From positions 1 to 31,778 of the forward strand of contig CAJWRL010000001.1 of NCBI GenBank assembly GCA_913046125.1: DNA of 31,778 nucleotides, read 5' to 3'. This DNA is from an uncultured Gammaproteobacteria bacterium (lineage in GTDB: Bacteria; Pseudomonadota; Gammaproteobacteria; GCA-002705445; GCA-002716945). Under the pieces are notes generated by a model. The model searched no databases and was not told the origin of the DNA. It was given only the letters and a program-made list of their open reading frames with translations. The translations under genes and the position numbers were made by a program. Below, piece after piece: positions 1 through 8,107 of this stretch (positions are counted from its first letter, which is position 1; each line of letters starts with the position of its first letter).

Positions 1-688
1 GTTTCTGTATTGCTGCTCCAGGCTTGTAAAACATATGAGCAAATTTTGACCAATATACTCCCCCAAACAAAACTACATTTGAGACTATGAATAACAGTAA
101 AAACAAACCGCTAAGAATTGATCCTGAGCTTTGTGCAATTGACCATAAAAGTGCCGTAGATTGAGATGCTAATAATGCTAGTACAAATAAATCCGCGAAC
201 ATAACATGATACCAAGGATGTCCCTCTGCAGACACGTTCACCCTTATTGAGAACCAGAACCAAAAACCGCCCACGCATGTCATTATTGCACCAATGTGCC
301 ATAACATAGGTAGCATAGCTGGCGCCGCAGAAGAAGGTGTTGAATAACTGAAAATTAACATTGCGGATGTTACCCAGAAAATTATAGTTCCGTACATCCC
401 TAATAAGTGTGCTGCTCGTCTTTGAAATGTACAAAATTCTGAAGAAGTCATGATGTCAGATGCGACTGTCTTTGCAATTATTGATGCTTTTTCACCGGAT
501 GATAATTCTCTTGTTGCAGCTTGTTTAGCTTTTTTTGCGTTTTCGAAAAAATATTTTACATTCTTTTTGTGCATCATATCGAGCACGACCCCTGCTATAA
601 CCAATATAACCATTGCAATTAAGAATGCCTGCATTGCAATTGAAGGTATAGTTGCTCCTAAATCTGAAAATGGATTGTAAGCTAGCAT
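1..688 (-). CDS. aprM: Adenylylsulfate (APS) reductase membrane anchor AprM; partial, runs off the left edge
   Basis: Not in the ORF track. Manual translation from ATG at 688 is open for 229 codons to the window edge: MLAYNPFSDLGATIPSIAMQAFLIAMVILVIAGVVLDMMHKKNVKYFFENAKKAK...SSEFCTFQRRAAHLLGMYG...GGFWFWFSIRVNVSAEG...ADLFVLALLAS...GVYWSKFAHMFYKPGAAIQK. It has several TM segments and motifs I recognise from AprM, an SD (AGGGAG) 5 nt upstream, and lies downstream of sat as in sat-aprMBA loci. Confidence 0.9.
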   Translation of the reverse strand, partial: MLAYNPFSDLGATIPSIAMQAFLIAMVILVIAGVVLDMMHKKNVKYFFENAKKAKQAATRELSSGEKASIIAKTVASDIMTSSEFCTFQRRAAHLLGMYGTIIFWVTSAMLIFSYSTPSSAAPAMLPMLWHIGAIMTCVGGFWFWFSIRVNVSAEGHPWYHVMFADLFVLALLASQSTALLWSIAQSSGSILSGLFLLLFIVSNVVLFGGVYWSKFAHMFYKPGAAIQK

Positions 689-740
689 GTTTTCTCCCTA
701 TCTTAATATTCTGCAGTTTATGAATTACTGCTCGAACAAC

Positions 741-769
741 ATTATAGCCAAATTTGAGAATATTAGGAA
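741..769 (-). promoter_or_regulatory. Putative sigma70 promoter for aprM(BA)
   Basis: Minus strand: TTCCTA (769-764), 17 nt spacer, perfect TATAAT (746-741), about 50 nt upstream of the aprM ATG. Confidence 0.5.
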
Positions 770-801
770 TTAATTATTTACTTAATTTTACTTATTTTTT
801 C

Positions 802-818
802 ACCCTATTTTATAGGGT
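802..818. other. Perfect hairpin just downstream of sat
   Basis: ACCCTAT-TTT-ATAGGGT. A T-tract follows it only on the + strand, which is antisense to sat. Confidence 0.5.
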
Positions 819-824
819 TTTTAT

Positions 825-2027
825 TCAGCTTCTCTCCTGATAATAAGTCATCAATATCTTGGCTACTTCTTTTCTTGCAAATTCTGGGGGTAATTCTTGA
901 CCTGCAGCTAGCATTTCTCTCACTTTTGTCCCAGAAAGTAAAACGAAATCATCTTTAGAGTGATCTTCGGCATCCCTCATCATTACCACTTTGTCTAATT
1001 TTTTGGAGTAAGCTGTGTGATCAGCTTTAAAAATCTCGATTTTGAGTGAATCTCTCACAATATCCAAATCAAATATTTCTTGCGCCTCAAATGGTTCATA
1101 ATAATCACCAACGCCAGCATGATCTCGACCAACTATCAAATGTGTGCATCCTGCATTTTGCCTAAATACCGCATGAAGCAGAGCTTCACGAGGACCTGCA
1201 TACATCATGTCGAATCCAAATCCAGATATGATAGCAGTGTTCTCCTCGAAATATAATTCTACCATTTTCCTTATCGCAGCATCTCTTACATCTCCTGGGA
1301 TATCACCCTCTTTGAGCTTACCCAAGAGCATATGTATCAAAACTCCATCAGCCTCTAGTCGCTCATAAGCCATTTTGCAAAGTTCTTCGTGCGCTCTGTG
1401 CATTGGATTCCTAGTTTGGAATGCAATAGTTTTAGACCAACCAGCTTTTGTTAGCATCTTTCGTATATCTGGAGCTGTAGCAAATGTATTTGGAAAATCA
1501 TGCGGAAAATAACTGTAGTTTAAGACTTCAATTGGTCCAGAAATAATATATTTACCCTGATCTTTAAAATTTTTTACACCGGGGTGATTTACATCAGTTG
1601 TTCCAAAAACATTTTTAACAATGATCTCTATGTCATCGTCACTTAGCTTTTCTACGTTATCTATTCTTTGAATCGCAATGACAGGATTGCCTTCAACGTT
1701 CGGGTCTTTGAGAGCAATCTCCTCGCCATGTGTATAGTCAAGTGAGTTTGCGTCTGTTGTAATATTAACAATCGGAACCGGCCAAAATATGTCATTTAGT
1801 GTCAGCATCTCTCTTGATACTTTCAACGCCTCCTCTTTATTCATATAACCTGTTAAAGGATTAAAGTAACCAGCAGCCATCATGACTGCATTAGCGGCAG
1901 CAGCAGAATTTATTTCAAGACTACGCATTTCGGCTGATGCAGATAACATTGACGATCTTGCCATTTCATCTTCAATGTAGAGTGTGTTCAGTTCATTCGA
2001 GCCATGTGGCAAGATTAGATTAGTCAT
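825..2027 (-). CDS. sat: Sulfate adenylyltransferase (ATP sulfurylase), sulfur-oxidiser type, no APS kinase domain
   Basis: Catalytic motifs AFQTRNPMHRAHEEL, YAGPREALLHAVFRQNAG, GRDHAGVG and LSGTKVREML. Segments such as NAVMMAAGYFNPLTGYMN and IALKDPNVEGNPV resemble Sat of gammaproteobacterial sulfur oxidisers (Allochromatium / Riftia-symbiont type, from memory). Confidence 0.96.
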   Translation of the reverse strand: MTNLILPHGSNELNTLYIEDEMARSSMLSASAEMRSLEINSAAAANAVMMAAGYFNPLTGYMNKEEALKVSREMLTLNDIFWPVPIVNITTDANSLDYTHGEEIALKDPNVEGNPVIAIQRIDNVEKLSDDDIEIIVKNVFGTTDVNHPGVKNFKDQGKYIISGPIEVLNYSYFPHDFPNTFATAPDIRKMLTKAGWSKTIAFQTRNPMHRAHEELCKMAYERLEADGVLIHMLLGKLKEGDIPGDVRDAAIRKMVELYFEENTAIISGFGFDMMYAGPREALLHAVFRQNAGCTHLIVGRDHAGVGDYYEPFEAQEIFDLDIVRDSLKIEIFKADHTAYSKKLDKVVMMRDAEDHSKDDFVLLSGTKVREMLAAGQELPPEFARKEVAKILMTYYQERS

Positions 2028-2181
2028 ATTTGTTCACCCGCGTATAATGTTATATTTTTAATAATTGAAAGATAATATAATGCATTGAAAAAAATATCAA
2101 AGAAGAATTAGTCTTAGAGTACCATTCAAAGGAAATTGGGGTTTCATAATAGGTAATGCAGAAATGTTGAAATGGTCTAAC

Positions 2182-2619
2182 TTAATTTTGTATCAGTTCA
2201 GTTTCAGCTACATCAATAATTTTTATTTTGTACAGTAACTCTTTCCCCGCAAACAGATGATTACCGTCAAATGTTATGTTTTTATCATCCATCTTAGTAA
2301 CTCTAAATTTTCTCTTTACGCCTTTATCATTTGCAAAATCAATTTGTATACCAATTTTCCTATACTCTTCAGGTACGTTTTCAAGTGAATCCTGGAAGAT
2401 CAACCCCTCATCTATTTTACCAAAACCTAATTCAGAACTAACTTCTATAGACACCTCACTATTTTTTTCTTTACCATGTAAAGCTTCTTCGACAATTGGT
2501 AAAAGGTTTGTTTCTTTACCATATATAAAGCTTACTGGTGTATCTACATTCTCTAACAATTCCTCACCTTCGTAAATAGAATATGTCATACTCACTAACT
2601 TATTATCTGAGATTTTCAT
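2182..2619 (-). CDS. slyD: FKBP-type peptidyl-prolyl isomerase, SlyD-like, without the His-rich tail
   Basis: N-terminus MKISDNKLVSMTYSI, FKBP core with insert-in-flap domain, C-terminal DGNHLFAGKEL (SlyD DGNHxLAG motif). Confidence 0.8.
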   Translation of the reverse strand: MKISDNKLVSMTYSIYEGEELLENVDTPVSFIYGKETNLLPIVEEALHGKEKNSEVSIEVSSELGFGKIDEGLIFQDSLENVPEEYRKIGIQIDFANDKGVKRKFRVTKMDDKNITFDGNHLFAGKELLYKIKIIDVAETELIQN

Positions 2620-2668
2620 ACTCAGTTATATTAACAAAAAAATATTTACTTGTTGATTAAAGAATAAC

Positions 2669-2674
2669 TTGACA
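2669..2674 (+). promoter_or_regulatory. Possible -35 box for trxA-rho
   Basis: Perfect TTGACA about 100 nt upstream of trxA, but the matching -10 is poor. Confidence 0.3.
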
Positions 2675-2773
2675 TAAATACCAAACTATTTAATCATGAA
2701 CTTACTCAGAGTTACTAATCAACCCGTACAAAATCAACTACCAGATGTAATTATTTAATTTAATGGAGATCAT

Positions 2774-3097
2774 ATGAGTAATGCAATAGATATTAGTGAT
2801 GACACTTTTGATTCCGAAGTTTTAGAATCAGATAAACCCGTTCTTATAGACTTTTGGGCTGAATGGTGTGGGCCATGCAAAGTACTTGGTCCAGTTATTG
2901 ATGAAGTCGCTGTAGATTATTCTGACAAGGTGAAATTTGTTAAGCTGAATATTGATCATAATCCTAGCAATACTCAGAAATATGGAATAAGAGGCATTCC
3001 TACACTAATACTATTCAAGAATGGCGAGAAGGCAGATACCAGTGTAGGTGTCCTCTCAAAAAGTGAACTCTCAAGCTTTTTAGATAAAAACCTATAA
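2774..3097 (+). CDS. trxA: Thioredoxin 1
   Basis: [10 protein letters not shown] active site and RGIPTL motif, SD GGAG upstream, adjacent to rho. Confidence 0.98.
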   Translation: MSNAIDISDDTFDSEVLESDKPVLIDFWAEWCGPCKVLGPVIDEVAVDYSDKVKFVKLNIDHNPSNTQKYGIRGIPTLILFKNGEKADTSVGVLSKSELSSFLDKNL

Positions 3098-3099
3098 AC

Positions 3100-4356
3100 A
3101 TGAATCTTTCAGAACTTAAACAGAAACCAGTACAAGAACTTGTCGAGATAGCTGAGGGAATGGGAGCTGACAATGTCGGTAGATTACGCAAGCAGGATGT
3201 CATCTTTACTATCCTTAAGAGTCACTCTTCAAGTGGTGAGGATATCTCTGGCGGCGGAGTATTAGAGATACTTCAAGATGGATTTGGTTTTCTAAGATCA
3301 GCAGATAGTTCATATTTAGCAGGACCTGATGATATTTATGTATCCCCTAGTCAAATAAGAAAGTTTTCACTCAGGACGGGAGATACAATTCAAGGAAAGA
3401 TAAGGCCGCCAAAAGAAAGTGAAAGATATTTCGCTCTTCTCAAAATCGATAACATAAATTCTGACACGTCATCTAGTACAAAAAATAAAATTTTATTTGA
3501 AAATTTAACTCCCCTGCATGCAAATAAAAGATTAAGGCTAGAGCAAGGTAATGGGAGTTCTGAAGACATTTCAGCAAGATTGATTGATATTGCTTCTCCT
3601 ATTGGAAAAGGACAAAGAGGACTCGTAATATCGCCACCTAAGGCCGGTAAAACTATTATGTTACAAAACATTGCTCAGAGTTTAACCGCGAGTAACCCAG
3701 ATGCTCATTTGATTGTCTTGTTGATTGATGAGAGGCCTGAAGAAGTCACTGAGATGTCAAGAATGGTTAAAGGTGAGGTTGTAGCTAGTACATTTGACGA
3801 GCCTGCAAATAGGCATGTACAGGTAGCAGAGATGGTTATTGAAAAAGCTAAACGACTTGTTGAGCATAAAAAAGACGTGATTATTCTTCTTGATTCTATA
3901 ACTCGTCTCGCGAGGGCATATAACACTATTGCTCCATCATCAGGTAAAGTACTCACAGGTGGGGTTGATGCAAATGCTCTGACTAAACCTAAAAAGTTTT
4001 ATGGAGCAGCAAGAAATATTGAAGAAGGCGGTAGCCTCACAATCCTTGCAACTGCTCTAATTGATACTGGTTCAAAGATGGATGAGGTCATTTACGAGGA
4101 ATTTAAAGGAACGGGAAATATGGAGGTTCACTTAGACAGAAGGATCGCAGAAAAGAGAATATATCCTGCCATAAATATAAATCGTTCTGGAACTCGAAGG
4201 GAGGAACTTCTCATGGAGCCAGATGAATTACAGAAAATTTGGATTCTAAGAAAAGTACTTCATTCTATGGACGAGTTAGATGCGATGGAATTTATGTTAA
4301 ATAAGCTTAAATCTACAAAAACTAACTCTGAATTCTTTGAGTCAATGAAAAGATGA
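3100..4356 (+). CDS. rho: Transcription termination factor Rho
   Basis: DGFGFLRS and [15 protein letters not shown]-binding domain, P-loop [31 protein letters not shown]; 418 aa. Confidence 0.99.
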   Translation: MNLSELKQKPVQELVEIAEGMGADNVGRLRKQDVIFTILKSHSSSGEDISGGGVLEILQDGFGFLRSADSSYLAGPDDIYVSPSQIRKFSLRTGDTIQGKIRPPKESERYFALLKIDNINSDTSSSTKNKILFENLTPLHANKRLRLEQGNGSSEDISARLIDIASPIGKGQRGLVISPPKAGKTIMLQNIAQSLTASNPDAHLIVLLIDERPEEVTEMSRMVKGEVVASTFDEPANRHVQVAEMVIEKAKRLVEHKKDVIILLDSITRLARAYNTIAPSSGKVLTGGVDANALTKPKKFYGAARNIEEGGSLTILATALIDTGSKMDEVIYEEFKGTGNMEVHLDRRIAEKRIYPAININRSGTRREELLMEPDELQKIWILRKVLHSMDELDAMEFMLNKLKSTKTNSEFFESMKR

Positions 4357-4357
4357 A

Positions 4358-4837
4358 CTAGTTTACTTTTTCTCGCAATTTTTTTTCAACATAATCGTCT
4401 ACAAACATGTTAAGTTCCCCATTATGTCTTGCTATGTCTTTAATTATAGAAGACGAAATGAAACTATATTTTTCGTCAGGACTTAAAAATATGCTCTCTA
4501 TACCTGGGTTCATTGCTCTGTTTAAATTTGATAACTGGACCTCGTACTCGAAATCAGATACTGCTCTCAAACCTCTGAGCATTACTTTTGCTTCAAGCTC
4601 CTTAGCGTGCTCTACAGTTAATTTATCCAGCTTAATTACATCTACATTTTTATATTTTGATAGAACTTTTCTGCACATGTCATATCTCTCATCATATGAA
4701 AACAAAGTATTTTTTTGAGTGTTAGATGCAACAGCAACTATTACTGATTCAAAGATATTGGATGCTCTTTTGACAAGATCCTCATGGCCAGCTGTTATAG
4801 GGTCGAATGTACCGGGATATATTGCTTTGATTTTCAT
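4358..4837 (-). CDS. coaD: Phosphopantetheine adenylyltransferase
   Basis: YPGTFDPITAGH, RGLRAVSDFEYE, FISSSIIKDIA. Confidence 0.97.
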   Translation of the reverse strand: MKIKAIYPGTFDPITAGHEDLVKRASNIFESVIVAVASNTQKNTLFSYDERYDMCRKVLSKYKNVDVIKLDKLTVEHAKELEAKVMLRGLRAVSDFEYEVQLSNLNRAMNPGIESIFLSPDEKYSFISSSIIKDIARHNGELNMFVDDYVEKKLREKVN

Positions 4838-5412
4838 AGATTTTTATTTATCAGAATTGTATAACTTACATCACCAATACTCAAATCTTTGATAACATTA
4901 TGAGTTTCATTGAAGTATTTCTCATACCCACTCTTATCTTTCTTAGACTTTTCGTAGTATAAATATTTATTATTTTCTAAAAAATTTTTATCTTTAAGCA
5001 ATTGAAAAGTCTCATCTAAAAGAGAAGTATTATACGGTGGATCTATGAATATAATGTCATAAGGTCCTGCATCATGACTTAAAAGAAATTTATTGACCAT
5101 TGACTTGATTACGCTTGCACCCTCAATATTCAAAACAGACATATTTGACTTGATCGACCTTACTAAATCAATATCTTTCTCAATCAATGTTGCAGACTTT
5201 ATGCCTCTTGAGAGTGCCTCAAAAGAGAGTATACCGCTACCGGAGAAAAGATCTAAGGATGATGAGCATAAACCTATATCTATGACATTAAAGAGTGTCT
5301 CTCTAATGAATGCTTTTGATGGTCTGAGGTTTGGCTTGTCTGGTATATTGATTGATCGTGATTTATATCTACCGGATATGATCTTTAATTTATTATTCAA
5401 TTGACTTGCCAA
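4834..5412 (-). CDS. rsmD: 16S rRNA m2G966 methyltransferase
   Basis: LRP..RETLFN, LDLFSGSG, EALSRG, FIDPPY; ATGA overlap with coaD. Confidence 0.93.
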   Translation of the reverse strand: MASQLNNKLKIISGRYKSRSINIPDKPNLRPSKAFIRETLFNVIDIGLCSSSLDLFSGSGILSFEALSRGIKSATLIEKDIDLVRSIKSNMSVLNIEGASVIKSMVNKFLLSHDAGPYDIIFIDPPYNTSLLDETFQLLKDKNFLENNKYLYYEKSKKDKSGYEKYFNETHNVIKDLSIGDVSYTILINKNL

Positions 5413-6670
5413 CGGTAAATACTGAAATATTATCGAAATCCATGGCGCGGTTCAGTGCAGCTTTTATACTATCCTTGTTGACTTGTTTTAAGTTGTTTTT
5501 GTAATTTTCAAAATAATTTAGGTCAAGATTTAAATAATTAATACTAGATATTAAATTGAGAATTTTTCGATTTGTGTCAGCTCTCATCTCAAAACTTCTC
5601 AAGATCGCTTTTTTTGTAGCAGTTATTTTAGTATCCTCAACATCAAACCTGCTCAGCTTGTCAACCTGTTCACGGATTATGTTTTTAGCAAGATTTATAC
5701 TCTCGTTTTTAGTTTGTAATGAAATTCTTAAATATCCGCTATTTTGATAGGTAGATAAGTAACTGTATACAGAATAGGATAGACCTCTTTTTTGTCTAAT
5801 TTCCTCCATTAACCAAGAACCAAATCCACTTCCTCCAAAAATATAATTTGCCACCAATAAATTATAATAATCCGGATCCGATCTTGAGATAGCAGGAATG
5901 ATGACTGCCAAATGGGTCTGAGTTGAGTCAAACTCAGTATGATGTGTAACAGTCTTAAGATTATATTCCTCTAAAGGTTCAACTTCTTTTTTTGAAAATT
6001 CATTCGTCAATTTATTTATCAGTCTTTTTGATCCTTTGGAAGTTATGTCTCCGACTATATTAATCTCTAAGTTATCTAGATTAAAAATTTTGTCCCTATG
6101 CGCCTTTATGTCCTTTTTAGATATATTTATTACCGAATCTTTTGTACCAACTGGCTGATGTGCAAAAGGTGTATCATAAAAAAGTTTCTCAGAAACTACA
6201 GACTCAAGAAGAGAATCTGGTTTTTTATACGACTCAGAGATAGCTCTTAGTATTTTATCTTTTTGTAAATTAAATCCTACGTCATCAATCTCGTCTGTAA
6301 ATAACGCGCTGTTAAGCATATCCGAAAGCATCATGACCTGATCCAAATTACTTACAGATCTTATTGCAATCGACAAGGTCTCATTGCTGACCGAGTATGA
6401 TAGCTTTGCTCCTACATTTTCAAAATAACTAACTAGCTTTTTGCCATTAATGTCTGAATTCATCAGAACATTTAACATAAGATTGGTTAGACCAGGCGTG
6501 TCACCATCACTTACACTACCTTGCTTAAGTGAGAGATTGACATCAATAATTGGTAGGTTCTTTAAATTGACGTAGAGATAATCTTCATTATCTGCTAAAG
6601 ACTGTATAACAGGATTAGAGTTTATTGTTTGTGAAAAAAATAAGAATGTACCAAGAAATAATATTCTCAT
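5393..6670 (-). CDS. M16B family peptidase, non-catalytic partner subunit with signal peptide
   Basis: M16 fold motifs but no HxxEH. Retains GGSGFGS.LMEEIRQKRGLSYSVYS with the Arg/Tyr pair. Confidence 0.88.
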   Translation of the reverse strand: MRILFLGTFLFFSQTINSNPVIQSLADNEDYLYVNLKNLPIIDVNLSLKQGSVSDGDTPGLTNLMLNVLMNSDINGKKLVSYFENVGAKLSYSVSNETLSIAIRSVSNLDQVMMLSDMLNSALFTDEIDDVGFNLQKDKILRAISESYKKPDSLLESVVSEKLFYDTPFAHQPVGTKDSVINISKKDIKAHRDKIFNLDNLEINIVGDITSKGSKRLINKLTNEFSKKEVEPLEEYNLKTVTHHTEFDSTQTHLAVIIPAISRSDPDYYNLLVANYIFGGSGFGSWLMEEIRQKRGLSYSVYSYLSTYQNSGYLRISLQTKNESINLAKNIIREQVDKLSRFDVEDTKITATKKAILRSFEMRADTNRKILNLISSINYLNLDLNYFENYKNNLKQVNKDSIKAALNRAMDFDNISVFTVGKSIE

Positions 6671-7998
6671 TCTATGGGTCTCAAAACAGTAATCAAGGGT
6701 TTGTTCTGAGTTATGTATGATTTACCTGCTGACATAACTTCACTCAAGGTTATAGTTTCTGAAATTTTGTAGTAGTTATCTAAGTTTCTCCAGCTAATAT
6801 TTTTTGTCTCTAACATTCCCACTTGCATTGCTTGGTAAAAGACAGAGTCAAATTTGAAGACATTGTCTGATTTAATTCTTGCTTTTGCACTTTCTAGTTC
6901 CTCTTGTCCGATTGTATCAATTGATTCATCAGAAAATTCATTTAAGACATGTGATATAAATTCATCAGTCGTAGTGTTCCCTCTCGGTGTTCCTCCTATA
7001 ATGATGAGGTTGTCGTGCTGATTATATGTATCATTCGATATAAATGTATCCAGTGCAACTTTTTTTGAGTTTACTAAATTTTCTGTAAGACGCGAAGAGT
7101 ATCCTCCATCCATTATTTCTATGAATAAATCTAGTGCATATGATTTTCTAGGGTCTTGATCATTAAATTCTGGTTTTATAAACGAGATGAAAACTACAGG
7201 TTTTGAAACATCTCCCTGCACTTCAAAATATTCTTTTGAAAGATATTCGGCGTCACTTGATATTAAATTTAATGGCTCGTCGTTTTCTATAGAGCTGTAA
7301 TATTTGTTTATGTATTGTTTGACTTTATCTCTGTCAAAATTACCTGCAATAATAACTATAGCGTTTCTAGGTTGGTAATATAAGTTGTACCAATCTTCAA
7401 GATCTTTTTTTGTAGTGTCTTCTATGTCCTGCATTGTTCCTATTATTGGAATACCATACTTATTCATTCCAAATGCATTAATCATTATTTTTTCGAAAGT
7501 TTTAGAGACTGGATTATCATCTGTTCGAAGCCTTCGCTCTTCTTTAACAACATTAATTTCTTTTTCTATTTGATTGTCATCCAGTTTAAGATTAATCATC
7601 CTATCTGACTCTAGCTCTATACATCTTTCTAGATCTTCATTGTGAACTTTTTGGTAATAACCAGTGAAATCTTTGCCCGTAAAAGCATTATCAGTCCCTC
7701 CCATTTTTTTGACTATAGAAGAAAATTCACCAGGCCCTAATTTATTCGTTCCTTTAAACATCATGTGCTCAAGTATGTGAGAGATACCGGTTTTGCCATT
7801 TACCTCATTACTGGATCCTACTCTATACCAAATACTGTTTACAACAGCAGGGCTTCTTTTATCCTCGATCAATATCACCTTAAGACCATTTTCTAGAGAG
7901 TACTCCTCTAATCTTTCAGAGAACTTTATACTTGCGTCAAGATTAATTGATACAAATAAAAACATTAAAAAAATGATTGTTTGATTGATGTGAAACAT
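6667..7998 (-). CDS. M16B family zinc peptidase (pitrilysin-like), catalytic subunit with signal peptide
   Basis: WYRVGSSNE..GKTGISHILEHMMFKGT (HxxEH), NAFT..D.T.YYQ, EERRLRTDD. Confidence 0.93.
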   Translation of the reverse strand: MFHINQTIIFLMFLFVSINLDASIKFSERLEEYSLENGLKVILIEDKRSPAVVNSIWYRVGSSNEVNGKTGISHILEHMMFKGTNKLGPGEFSSIVKKMGGTDNAFTGKDFTGYYQKVHNEDLERCIELESDRMINLKLDDNQIEKEINVVKEERRLRTDDNPVSKTFEKIMINAFGMNKYGIPIIGTMQDIEDTTKKDLEDWYNLYYQPRNAIVIIAGNFDRDKVKQYINKYYSSIENDEPLNLISSDAEYLSKEYFEVQGDVSKPVVFISFIKPEFNDQDPRKSYALDLFIEIMDGGYSSRLTENLVNSKKVALDTFISNDTYNQHDNLIIIGGTPRGNTTTDEFISHVLNEFSDESIDTIGQEELESAKARIKSDNVFKFDSVFYQAMQVGMLETKNISWRNLDNYYKISETITLSEVMSAGKSYITQNKPLITVLRPIE

Positions 7999-8004
7999 AT
8001 CGCA

Positions 8005-8013
8005 ATAATATCA
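8005..8013 (-). promoter_or_regulatory. Extended -10 promoter 6 nt upstream of the M16 ATG (leaderless-type)
   Basis: Minus strand TG-A-TATTAT-tgcgat-ATG; no SD. Confidence 0.55.
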
Positions 8014-8076
8014 AAAAATAGATTTTTTTGTCTCTATAATACGATTATCTTTGACCATTTTTTTGATATCAATCAC

Positions 8077-8104
8077 TTGAAATAAGGTAATCTACAACTA
8101 TAAT
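8077..8104 (+). promoter_or_regulatory. Putative sigma70 promoter for rpoH
   Basis: TTGAAA (8077-8082), 16 nt spacer, TATAAT (8099-8104). It implies the ATG at 8117 rather than 8108 is the usable start. Confidence 0.55.
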
Positions 8105-8107
8105 TGT

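Noticed and set aside
111-434. 107 aa minus-strand ORF in the track
   Set aside because: It is an alternative frame inside aprM, which is the real gene (688 to the window edge).
450-680. 76 aa plus-strand ORF
   Set aside because: Antisense shadow of aprM with no recognisable motif.
2121-2177. Imperfect inverted repeat ACCATTCAA / TTGAAATGGT with a CCCCAAT sigma32-like -10 on the minus strand, upstream of sat
   Set aside because: Bulged, long AT-rich loop and no matching sigma32 -35; not distinguishable from chance.
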